Below, piece by piece: positions 9,591-18,573 of a stretch of DNA of 32,000 bases. This DNA is from Raphidiopsis brookii D9 (lineage in GTDB: Bacteria > Cyanobacteriota > Cyanobacteriia > Cyanobacteriales > Nostocaceae). The notes under the pieces were generated by a model. That model was not told where the DNA came from. It made no database searches and saw nothing but the letters and a program-made list of their open reading frames with translations. Within the stretch, counting starts at the first letter, position 1. Each line of letters opens with the position of its first letter. The translations under genes were made by a program, and so were the position numbers. The stretch spans positions 1 to 32,000 of the forward strand of contig ACYB01000010.1 in NCBI GenBank assembly GCA_000175855.1, in the 5' to 3' direction.

Positions 9591-10913
9591 TTATTTTTGG
9601 GCAGTCATTATATGTAGTAGAGAAATTATTTCTATAATTTGTTTTGTCATGAGAGTTATTGCTATGATGATCATCATAGCTAATGTAATTTTCCCACCAG
9701 GAATCAAGGACTGGTAAATCCCATTTGTTATTTTTTTCCGTTGTTGCCAACTAATAATTGCGGGAATAATAGCACCCAAAATTGAAACAGTGAGGATCCC
9801 ACTATATTCGATAGCTATAAAAAAGATGTAGGGGTTGATTGTACCCAAACTCAGAGGTGGAAGCAGCACCAGAGAGAAAATAGGTAACCGGGAAATTTTC
9901 ACCTGATTGAGACCATAAATATCCTGAAAGAAATCAATCAATCCATAGACAAAACCAATAAAAGATGTGACAATGGCAAATTCCGAGAACACAGTTAATA
10001 TGATCGCTAAAACTTCTCCTGCTCTCCCTGCTTGTAAAACTTGTAAGGGGTCAAAAATAGATCCGTTAGGTTGATTTATTTGCCAAGATTCAAAATTCAC
10101 ACTGCCCAAAATAACAGTATTCCAGCAAAGAAATAAAATTAGAGGAATACCAGAACCAATAATAATAGATTTTCTAATTTTGGAGATATCTCCCTCTAAT
10201 TGGGTCACTACCACAGGAACAACATTGTGATAAAAAAGAGTCACACAAATAACTGAAATTGCACCACCCACAGCAGGCCAATTTTGGGACAAGAATAGGG
10301 AACTTTTTACCTGACCAACTCCCAAAAATAATAGTCCCATAAAGGAAACAATCACAATTCCTACCAATAGATTATTTAATTTTTCCACAAATTTCTCTTT
10401 CCCCCAATACAACACCCCTCCAAATAATATGGTAAAAGTTGTTGTACCTAACCAATGGGGTAAACCATGATCTAAATTGCATATTTTGGCAAAAGTAGAT
10501 ATGAGGATATCTCCCCCTCGACTAATATATGCCACTAAAAGAGCATAGTGCTGAACTAAATAAGCAGTACCTGCTATTCTTGCTCCTAAACTACCCAATT
10601 TTTTCTCCACAATTGCCAAAAAACCAATGTGGGCAATTCCCTCCATACCCATCACATTTACAGTAATTTCTGCAATTAGTAACCCTGATAATAGGGTGTA
10701 GAGCCAAACCAGGCAAATGGCAACATTAGAAGGCAATACACCCGATGGTAGGGTAACTGCAGGTAGGGCAAGAATCCCAGCACCAACGGTAGTTCCAGTA
10801 ATTAAAGCTGTGCTACTTAGAAGGCTGCCCGGTTGATGATTCAACCGCTCTCCATCAAATTTGAGGTGAGAAAACAATCGGGTGCTTTGGTCTGGGAAAT
10901 TTTTTTCTGGCAT
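9591..10913 (-). CDS. Aromatic amino-acid (tyrosine/tryptophan) permease family transporter
   Basis: SSTALITGTTVGAGILALPAVTLPSG N-terminus and about 11 hydrophobic segments. Probable start MPEKNF at 10913; the ORF track start is 10940. Confidence 0.85.
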   Translation of the reverse strand: MPEKNFPDQSTRLFSHLKFDGERLNHQPGSLLSSTALITGTTVGAGILALPAVTLPSGVLPSNVAICLVWLYTLLSGLLIAEITVNVMGMEGIAHIGFLAIVEKKLGSLGARIAGTAYLVQHYALLVAYISRGGDILISTFAKICNLDHGLPHWLGTTTFTILFGGVLYWGKEKFVEKLNNLLVGIVIVSFMGLLFLGVGQVKSSLFLSQNWPAVGGAISVICVTLFYHNVVPVVVTQLEGDISKIRKSIIIGSGIPLILFLCWNTVILGSVNFESWQINQPNGSIFDPLQVLQAGRAGEVLAIILTVFSEFAIVTSFIGFVYGLIDFFQDIYGLNQVKISRLPIFSLVLLPPLSLGTINPYIFFIAIEYSGILTVSILGAIIPAIISWQQRKKITNGIYQSLIPGGKITLAMMIIIAITLMTKQIIEIISLLHIMTAQK

Positions 10914-10952
10914 ATCACACGGTACTAACAAGTTTTCCAAGTTTTTAAAAAC

Positions 10953-12062
10953 TTATTTTACCATCATAGGTAGTGTGATCGTAAATGTACTACCTTTACC
11001 CAATTGTGAATATAATTCTATTTTGCCCCTATGTGCTTCAATAATGCGTTGCGACAGATGCAGTCCTAAACCACTGCCAGACCTTTTATTTTTACCTTGA
11101 CGGAATCTCTCAAAAATAGTAGTTTGATCTTCTGGTGCTATACCATATCCAGTGTCTGATATCTGAATAATAACCTGTCTTATATGTTTGTGGCGGGATT
11201 TTTCAAAAATGCTTACTTCCACAGTCCCGTGATCAGTAAATTTGATGGCATTGCCAATTAAATTGTTGAAAACCCGACGTAATTCTAGTCTATCCCCTAA
11301 GACCAGGTTTTGTTTTTCTAACCGGGTTCCTAATTTCACAGTTAGGTTTTTTTCCATAGCCAATGGAGTTAATTCATTAATTACTTCCTCGGCTATTTCT
11401 TGTAGATCACATTCTTGCACATTTAAGAACTTCTTATCAGCATCAAATCTATAAACCTCCAGCAGATTATTTACCATTTCTAGCAAGTTCTGGTTACTCC
11501 GAATCATCATGGCGATCGCTTGTTTCATTTCAGGGAGAATTTGACCAAAGGTCTCCTTTTGAAACAGGTCTAACATACGATCTGCTGCTAATAAAGGAGT
11601 GCGCAAATCGTGAGTTAGTCGGGAGACAAAATCTTCTCGTTGTCGGCTCATTTTTTGTTGTTCATCAATGCTGTGTTTCAGTCTCAGTAAGCAGCGGACC
11701 CTAGCCAATAACTCATTGGTATCAAATGGTTTACGAATAAAATCATCTGCACCCGCATCTAATCCTTCCACCACACTAGACTCATCAAACGCTGTAATCA
11801 GTAAAATAGGAACGTAGCCAATATTAGTGTAGCTACGAATTGTGCGGGTTACTTCATAGCCATCCATTTCTGGCATCATTACGTCCAAAAGAATTAAATC
11901 TGGAGGGGATTGGACAGTTTTTTGTAAAGCTGTTGCTCCATCGGAAACTGAATCAATTGCATACCCTTCACTCTCTAATAGGGTTCGGACTAAAATTAAA
12001 TTATCTCTTATATCATCAACCACAAGGATACGTGCAACTTGATCAATCTTGCTAACTGACAT
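10953..12062 (-). CDS. Receiver-histidine kinase (REC-HisKA-HATPase)
   Basis: ILVVDDIRDN, LILLDVMMPEMDGYE and RKPF receiver signatures; H-box SRLTHDLRTPLLA; N/G boxes NLIGNAIKFTDHG, GYGIAPED, GSGLGLHLS. Confidence 0.93.
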   Translation of the reverse strand: MSVSKIDQVARILVVDDIRDNLILVRTLLESEGYAIDSVSDGATALQKTVQSPPDLILLDVMMPEMDGYEVTRTIRSYTNIGYVPILLITAFDESSVVEGLDAGADDFIRKPFDTNELLARVRCLLRLKHSIDEQQKMSRQREDFVSRLTHDLRTPLLAADRMLDLFQKETFGQILPEMKQAIAMMIRSNQNLLEMVNNLLEVYRFDADKKFLNVQECDLQEIAEEVINELTPLAMEKNLTVKLGTRLEKQNLVLGDRLELRRVFNNLIGNAIKFTDHGTVEVSIFEKSRHKHIRQVIIQISDTGYGIAPEDQTTIFERFRQGKNKRSGSGLGLHLSQRIIEAHRGKIELYSQLGKGSTFTITLPMMVK

Positions 12063-12108
12063 ACCTTATACACCTTAGTAAATATAGGTTAATAAATTTA
12101 ATATCTGC

Positions 12109-13395
12109 TTAATATCTAGCGCTACTTTTTTCTGGAAATGACATGCTGAGACCTTTTTTATCATAATAGCTCAGTTTCTCTTCACTGGCGAAATTTACAC
12201 TAACTTGTCTTGGTAATTCAACTCCAAATAGTGAACCCACTGCTAATTGACTTTCTAATATTATTTTTCCTCCCATGATTTTCACTAATGAATCAATAAT
12301 TGCTAAACCCAGTCCCATCCCTGGATATTTACGACTAATACCTTGATCCACTTGTCTAAATGCTTCAAAAATATGTTCACAATCTTGACTGGAAATACCA
12401 ATTCCAGTATCCCTAATAGAAATAGCTATGCGATTTTTACTGGGTTCGGTAACCCTCACCCAAATACACCCGCGCTCTGTAAACTTAATAGCATTTGAAA
12501 GCAAGTTAATTAAAATCTGACTTACCCGCATAGGATCATTAAATACAAGGGTATTTTCTAATTCTATTTCTACAGATAAAGATAATTTCTTGGCTTCCAC
12601 TAAAGAGCGGATTTCACTCACAGCATGATTAACTACCTTAGATAGATCGAAAATTTCTGGTTTTAATGCTAATCTACCAGAATCAATCTTAGAAAAGTCT
12701 AAAACCTCATTCAATAACATTGACAGATTCTTGGCATTATTTAGGATACGTTTTAAAATATCCGTTTGTACACTACTTAGCTGACTAAATTTAGGACGCA
12801 GTAGAATTTGCGCAAACCCGATTATGGCATTCATCGGAGTTCGCAACTCATGAGATATGGTTGATAAAAATTGTGATTTCAGTCTTGATACTTCTAATAG
12901 TTTTAAATTCTGTAATTGAATTTGCTGTCGTTGTCTCTCTAATTCCTCATTATTACGAATCAACTTTTCATGGCTTTCTTTAAGTTGCTTATACGCTAAC
13001 TGGGTTTTAGTCTCAGACTGATGTAAACGAATTGCATTTCGCAGTGTTATAGATAAAACTTCTGGAGTTAGACTGAATCTATTTAAATAGTCCGTAGCAC
13101 CGTTATGTAATAAATTGAGAGCTGTTTTTTCTTCTCCTGGACTTGTGAGAATTACCAGGGGGACTTTAATCTGGGAGGAATATAGTTTATCAATTAGGGA
13201 CAAAGTCCGATCCACCAAAGGGGAACCAAGAAAAATACAGTCAAATTTAGCACTTTCTAGGACACAAAAAACATTCTTGCTGTCACTGACCTCCCATAAT
13301 TCCAAGGATAACTTAGTTTCGTTTACCACTAAACGAAATACCTTACGTGCTAAGTCATCCTCATCCACAACCAAAATTTTTAGCCTCTCTTCCAT
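12109..13395 (-). CDS. Receiver-like domain fused to histidine kinase (degenerate receiver)
   Basis: REC-like N-terminus (ILVVDEDDLARKVF), coiled linker, H-box STISHELRTPMNAIIGF, INLLSNAIKFTERG, DTGIGISSQ, GMGLGLAI. Confidence 0.93.
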   Translation of the reverse strand: MEERLKILVVDEDDLARKVFRLVVNETKLSLELWEVSDSKNVFCVLESAKFDCIFLGSPLVDRTLSLIDKLYSSQIKVPLVILTSPGEEKTALNLLHNGATDYLNRFSLTPEVLSITLRNAIRLHQSETKTQLAYKQLKESHEKLIRNNEELERQRQQIQLQNLKLLEVSRLKSQFLSTISHELRTPMNAIIGFAQILLRPKFSQLSSVQTDILKRILNNAKNLSMLLNEVLDFSKIDSGRLALKPEIFDLSKVVNHAVSEIRSLVEAKKLSLSVEIELENTLVFNDPMRVSQILINLLSNAIKFTERGCIWVRVTEPSKNRIAISIRDTGIGISSQDCEHIFEAFRQVDQGISRKYPGMGLGLAIIDSLVKIMGGKIILESQLAVGSLFGVELPRQVSVNFASEEKLSYYDKKGLSMSFPEKSSARY

Positions 13396-13685
13396 TAGTT
13401 TCCATTTCCCCTATCAAGAGGGGGAAAAAATAGAGTATTTGGTTGATATTCACTACCTCCAATTTTTTCTCCCTCGTTTACATATATTTGTCTAATTTTC
13501 AGACCAGTTTCCCAGACTTAAGTTATACCGAGATTATTTCGTATTCGCATCAGTATTTCATATCCCGGAAATTTTGGCATATATCCCTGGTTATATTTTT
13601 ACTCTTCCCTAAGATAGATGTAATTTGCAACATATATCATCTAAGATTCCCCTGGGGATATTAGACACACAAGGAGTTTAACCTA

Positions 13686-13748
13686 ATGGGTAAATTTCCA
13701 AGACTATTGGATAATTATGATAATTCGGTTAATTTGGTACCACAATGA
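13686..13748 (+). CDS. Possible 20-aa leader peptide coupled to the downstream response regulator
   Basis: AAGGAG at 13671-13676, 9-nt spacer, ATG at 13686, MGKFPRLLDNYDNSVNLVPQ-stop; the TGA overlaps the next ATG (ATGA). Confidence 0.35.
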   Translation: MGKFPRLLDNYDNSVNLVPQ

Positions 13749-14467
13749 GTGAAATTAGCATTATTTTAATAGAAGACCATGATTTAACTAGAATGGGTTT
13801 AAAGACCGTCATCCAGTCGCACCCAGGGTTGAAGGTAATCGGGGAAGCAGCAAATGCAACTCAAGGACTAAAACTTTTAGAAACTACTAAACCGGATGTG
13901 GCAGTTGTTGATATTGGGTTACCTGATATGGATGGTATAGAACTAACTCGTAGGTTTAAACGTCATCAGACTGAAAATGGACAGAACAATACCAAAATCC
14001 TGGTTTTAACCATGGATAGTACGGAAGAATCAGTTCTAGCTGCATTTGCAGCAGGAGCAGACTCCTATTACATGAAAGAGACCAGCATTAATAAATTAAC
14101 AGAAGCTATAAATGCTACTTATGCGGGAAATTCTTGGATAGATCCAGCGATCGCCAGTGTGGTTTTAAGGAGAATGCGTGTCCAAGCACCAGGGGAAGCA
14201 GGGAGTACTGATAGGCCAAAAATGGTAAAAATAGAGGGTTTAGCCATAGAGTACGAACAGGTGTTAGAAAGCTCTCCCCTGACCCAACGGGAGTTGGAAA
14301 TTTTGGAATTAATAGTGGATGGTTGTAGCAATGGACAAATAGCAGAAAAACTCTATATTACGGTGGGAACAGTAAAAACCCATGTTCGCAATATCTTGAA
14401 TAAGCTCTGTGCAGATGATAGAACCCAAGCTGCTGTGCGGGCTCTACGTTCGGGACTGGTTGGGTGA
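13745..14467 (+). CDS. NarL/LuxR-family response regulator
   Basis: Receiver with VVDIGLPDMDGIEL and HTH LTQRELEILELIVDGCSNGQIAEKLYITVGTVKTHVRNILNKL. Confidence 0.95.
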   Translation: MSEISIILIEDHDLTRMGLKTVIQSHPGLKVIGEAANATQGLKLLETTKPDVAVVDIGLPDMDGIELTRRFKRHQTENGQNNTKILVLTMDSTEESVLAAFAAGADSYYMKETSINKLTEAINATYAGNSWIDPAIASVVLRRMRVQAPGEAGSTDRPKMVKIEGLAIEYEQVLESSPLTQRELEILELIVDGCSNGQIAEKLYITVGTVKTHVRNILNKLCADDRTQAAVRALRSGLVG

Positions 14468-15778
14468 TCCCAATCTCATTTTTAAACACTCGGCAATGCG
14501 TTTTGCTGCTCCTGGTTTCCCCATACGTTCCCATCCATTTGTGGCAATTTCTTGGAAAAAGTCGGGATTTTGTAATATATTTGCAACGGTTTCGGGAACT
14601 TGTCTGGGGTGATCTAATAATATTAAAGAAACTCCTAAAAGACGACTTTGAGCTTCAGCAAAATTGGGATTATATTGGGGACCTTTACCTGGAAAAGCAA
14701 TTACAGGTTTACCTAATCCTACAAATTGCTCTGTAGCGGTGCCCGCCATAGCAATAGCTAAGTGCGCCCAGTGTAAACATTCATTATAAGATGTTTGTGT
14801 TAATAGTAAGTAGGCATTTCTTTGTTTAAAAACTAAAAGCATGGGGATCCCTAATAACAATGGGGGGATGAGTGATGATTTTCCCAACCTTGATTTTTTA
14901 AAACTTTCAGATAAAATTGCCTGGTCTAAACCGGGTGCGATCGCACCGAGAAAAATAATTTTTCGCTGGGGCAAAATTTCCATTAAACCGGATATAGCGA
15001 CCATAATGATTTCCCAATTATTATATGCTTCACCAGTGCGGGAACCGGGGAGCAAAGTGATAATGAGGGGGTAATTGAGATTGGAATCTAGAAATTGGGG
15101 TGTATTAGAAGAAGGTTCCAAACCATCCATCATGGGATTTCCTGCATCAAAAGCTGGGATAGGCCACCTTCTTAAAATTTCAGTGGTTAGGGTATCTCGA
15201 GGAAATACTGCACGACAGCGACGACGACTCATCAACCATCTTTCCCAGGGGTGGTAAATGGAACCGGAGAAGTTTTCCCACCAAGATTTTTGGGAATTTC
15301 TCCTGAGTAAACCGGTTTTATCCCGCACATAATATTCTGATTTTGCAGTTCCCACAAAAGCATAATTAGGACCGCTGATGGCGGCAAATAGTAGAGGTAC
15401 GATATCACCCACCGCTAGGATACCTTGGTGATTGCCCAATTTTTTTTGACATTTTACCCAGGTACGAACTGCTCGAATTTGCTTGCATGTTAGTTGAATT
15501 AGACCACTTTGGATATCCTGCACCAGTTGACTTTTATCCATATAGATAAAACCACCTGAAGGCATGGTTTTTACATCACCAATACAGGGTATATTTAAAC
15601 TTTGATAGGTATGACCTTCTCCTACTATTGGTAAGGCAAAAATATCGGGAGCTGAGGGGAGCTTTCTTAGTTGCTCGATAATCCTTCCTGCAATTATATC
15701 TTCCCCGTGACCATTACTTAAAATAAGTAACTGCCAATGGGGGGTTTTTTCCAGCTTATGGTTTGAGGAATGTTTCAT
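14444..15778 (-). CDS. Lipid-A-disaccharide synthase-related glycosyltransferase-like protein
   Basis: LLILSNGHGEDIIAGRIIEQL, LLPGSRTGEAYNNWE, AMAGTATEQFVGLGKPVIAFPGKGPQYNPNFAEAQSRLLG. Confidence 0.85.
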   Translation of the reverse strand: MKHSSNHKLEKTPHWQLLILSNGHGEDIIAGRIIEQLRKLPSAPDIFALPIVGEGHTYQSLNIPCIGDVKTMPSGGFIYMDKSQLVQDIQSGLIQLTCKQIRAVRTWVKCQKKLGNHQGILAVGDIVPLLFAAISGPNYAFVGTAKSEYYVRDKTGLLRRNSQKSWWENFSGSIYHPWERWLMSRRRCRAVFPRDTLTTEILRRWPIPAFDAGNPMMDGLEPSSNTPQFLDSNLNYPLIITLLPGSRTGEAYNNWEIIMVAISGLMEILPQRKIIFLGAIAPGLDQAILSESFKKSRLGKSSLIPPLLLGIPMLLVFKQRNAYLLLTQTSYNECLHWAHLAIAMAGTATEQFVGLGKPVIAFPGKGPQYNPNFAEAQSRLLGVSLILLDHPRQVPETVANILQNPDFFQEIATNGWERMGKPGAAKRIAECLKMRLGSPNQSRT

Positions 15779-15869
15779 ATTGAGAAAGGGAAATAATATA
15801 TATTTAGGCTATTAGTCCAGAAACCTGATAGCTAAAAACAAGTTCTGGATAGGCGTTATAGCTCAGCTT

Positions 15870-16265
15870 CTAGGGTATTTTTCCCTCAGATTGCAATCTT
15901 TCCAAACAGGATTTCAGGGTTCTGGGGTCAAATACAATTGGCAAAAAATGGATGCTTTTGATTTCTCTAAAATAAAACAAAATTGGCACACTATGCCAAA
16001 AAATTCGCCAACTTTGCCACTCCCTATAGGGAAAGCTCCTGATTAACTTCTCACCTCGGTAAATATCAAAGTCATTCCCAGTAAATAAAAACCGCAACGA
16101 CACAGCTTGAAACATCAGAAATAATCCAAACAAGGCGATCGCACCACCCAATAAAGGTTGAACCACCAATAGGGGAATGGAGCTAATTACTAATACCAGA
16201 GGAATATTGTAACTGGCTTTGAGTTCCGTAGTAGATAAACTACTAGATAAGGGATAATTTGTCAT
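15870..16265 (-). CDS. DUF3119-like small membrane protein
   Basis: Two hydrophobic segments followed by VSLRFLFTGNDFDIYRGEKLIRSFPYREWQSWRIFW...PILFYFREIKSIHFLPIVFD. Confidence 0.65.
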   Translation of the reverse strand: MTNYPLSSSLSTTELKASYNIPLVLVISSIPLLVVQPLLGGAIALFGLFLMFQAVSLRFLFTGNDFDIYRGEKLIRSFPYREWQSWRIFWHSVPILFYFREIKSIHFLPIVFDPRTLKSCLERLQSEGKIP

Positions 16266-16291
16266 AATTTTTAAGCGTTGTAAGTGAAAAA

Positions 16292-17087
16292 TTAAGGTCT
16301 GATAGATGGATTACCTGCTCCCTGAAACATCAACCATGATAAAAAGAAATTGCTAATGAAAATCACTAACAGAGCAGTAACCACTGCTGTGGTGGTTGAT
16401 TGTCCCACACCCTTAGCTCCCCCCGTAGTAGTCAAACCCCAGCTGCAACCAATTATGGCGATTAAAATCCCAAAACATGCTGCTTTAATCATGGCACTAA
16501 TTATATCTCGGAGATCTAAAAAGTTACGGGCTGAGTCTAAAAATACTGTATCTGAAAGATTGTAAAGATTAGTAGCAATTATCAATCTCCCCACATTCCA
16601 GTAACCAGGGATAGCAAGGTCAAAATTGGTAGCATTAATAAACAGGCCAAAAGACGAGGTATGACTAAAAAAATCAATCGGGTCAGTCTTTAACATTAAC
16701 AAAGCATCTATTTGTTCTGTAACCCGCATAGTACCAATTTCTGCCGCAAATGCAGAACCTACTCTACCCGCTAAAATAACTGCTGTGAGTACGGGTGATA
16801 ATTCTCGGGTTAAAGCTACTGCTAATACCCCCCCCACCAAATTCCCAGCACCAAAGTTAATAAACTCTCGCGCTACCTGAATTGTAAACACTGCACCCAC
16901 GAAAATCGCCGTTAGTAAGGCTATAAATAGGGAATCTGGTCCCACTACTGCTAGTTGCTCTACTGTGTTACGACGATGAATTTTTCCCCTGATCAAGTGC
17001 AGTGTCACTTGTCCCCCTAAAAAAAATTGCCTCCACCAGTCTTTGACCCCATAGTCCTAAACTGGATTTAGATATAGTCTGGCTCAA
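16292..17087 (-). CDS. MlaE/Ycf63-type ABC transporter permease, apparently frameshifted (the main ORF is 16292..17008)
   Basis: GKIHRRNTVEQ, VGPDSLFIALLTAIFVGAVFTIQVAREF, LTRELSPVLTAVILAGRVGSAFAAEIGTMRVTEQIDAL. Residues expected from the family appear in other frames at two places (see findings). Confidence 0.8.
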
Positions 17088-17447
17088 TGTCTTCTATCTA
17101 ACTCAGTGACTCTTCTAAGAATAGCGAAACTTCTCGCTTTTTTCTCTTGACCATTTTGATAACTATATTAACTTTGTTTAAGGATTTTCTCACTAAATAT
17201 ATCTTAATTTTTCACCCACTACAACACATCTAAATGTAATTTACCAACAAAACCCATGTATATCAAGGGTTTTACCACTTGGGGTTACCTAAAACTGACC
17301 CTGCACCAGATGGTCTTTTTCACCCGCATTTTAATTAAGATTTAAGATTTTTGACAAACCCGTATTTTCTTGGCGATCGCCCCTATTGTAGAAATTGACG
17401 TGCAGGTTTTGGTCTGTCGTCGTCTTAGATCTTGGAGATGGCCTGAA

Positions 17448-17834
17448 ATGATAGTTTTTACTAACTTTCTCCGCTCGGTTTTACTAGCCATAGTATTGAG
17501 TTTTATAGCTCCAATATTATTTGTTGGTTTTTTATTGTCCTGTCTATACTTGTTTGGATTCATCCCTATCTTGCATGGAGTGACTCAGGATATACCCAAT
17601 GACATACTGCATTTTTTAGCTACCTTTGGCACTGGTAGTCCCCTAAATGGATTGTTAATCATTAGTCTGACTTTTGGTTTTGTGGGTGGGTTGTTTGATA
17701 TTTATGCCTACTATCGTCATCAGGTTCTTAGTTTAAACAGTGAGGGATTAATTGAAAGCTCAACAATTACAGTGTTTTGTGAATCCTTAGAGAATGAGGA
17801 AGTATATTTAAAACCTTTAACCAGAAGACCATAA
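17448..17834 (+). CDS. Hypothetical membrane protein
   Basis: MIVFTNFLRSVLLAIVLSFIAPILFVGFLL... has several transmembrane-like segments. The ORF is open from 17370, but the N-terminal extension looks unlike a membrane protein start. Confidence 0.5.
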   Translation: MIVFTNFLRSVLLAIVLSFIAPILFVGFLLSCLYLFGFIPILHGVTQDIPNDILHFLATFGTGSPLNGLLIISLTFGFVGGLFDIYAYYRHQVLSLNSEGLIESSTITVFCESLENEEVYLKPLTRRP

Positions 17835-17855
17835 CTGGGTGCTGGATGGGCCTAG

Positions 17856-18494
17856 CTATGTCTTGACAAACAAAGCGCGGTAAATGGGTTCACCCTTATT
17901 CCGGGTAGCTATTTCCCGTTCTGTGGGGACTAGGGGGTTTTCTGATAACCATTCACCCACACCATGAAATACCCTAGTAAATGCTGGGTGTTCTTGTAAG
18001 CGATCGCACATTTGAGTAGCTAGAAAATGTTGGTCAGATTGTATAAACACTTCTCCACCCAAAACCAAGTAATTGGCCAAATGTGACACCAATTGGGGTT
18101 GCACCACACGACGTTTAGCATGACGGGATTTAAACCAAGGATCGGGGAATTGGATAGTTACCCGTTGTAAAACTCCCGTTGGCAAACTGGACAAAATTGG
18201 CTGTAGGGAATTATTCACATTACAAAACAAATAATGTAAATTTTGCCAATCTAATTGACTAGCTAATCTGTTAGCTTCCGTCACCAGAGGTTCTCTAATT
18301 TCTAAACCCAAAAAATTCCATTTTAATTCTCTTTGAGCCATTTGTAATAAAAACCTGCCTCGTCCAGCTCCAATATCCAAGTGTAGAGATTGATTTGTTT
18401 TAGAAAAAACCCGTTCCCATATTGGTGGATCAATAGGAGTTTGGAACTTTCTAGCTAGAGGGTTAACGTGCTGACGCACCCGAATCAAAGGCAA
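17856..18494 (-). CDS. trmB: tRNA (guanine-N7-)-methyltransferase
   Basis: LHLDIGAGRGRFLLQMAQ, FLGLEIREPLV, VTIQFPDPWFKSRHAKRRVVQP. Confidence 0.95.
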   Translation of the reverse strand: MPLIRVRQHVNPLARKFQTPIDPPIWERVFSKTNQSLHLDIGAGRGRFLLQMAQRELKWNFLGLEIREPLVTEANRLASQLDWQNLHYLFCNVNNSLQPILSSLPTGVLQRVTIQFPDPWFKSRHAKRRVVQPQLVSHLANYLVLGGEVFIQSDQHFLATQMCDRLQEHPAFTRVFHGVGEWLSENPLVPTEREIATRNKGEPIYRALFVKT

Positions 18495-18573
18495 AATTTC
18501 TACCTCCCTAATTTAATGTACATTTTAGATTAAACAGATAAGTGGTTTTAACATTTTTTTTAAATCAACTGAT

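Noticed and set aside
9535-9750. 71-aa minus-strand ORF (MATTEKNNKWD...)
   Set aside because: It overlaps the 3' end of the aromatic amino-acid permease and the terminator region, and lacks a protein-like pattern.
13396-13685. Possible structured riboswitch in the divergent spacer before the LuxR regulator
   Set aside because: I could not identify a convincing long stem or known riboswitch motif by eye.
17342-17563. 73-aa minus-strand ORF
   Set aside because: It is antisense to the plus-strand membrane protein gene, very Lys/Arg/Thr-rich, and likely spurious.
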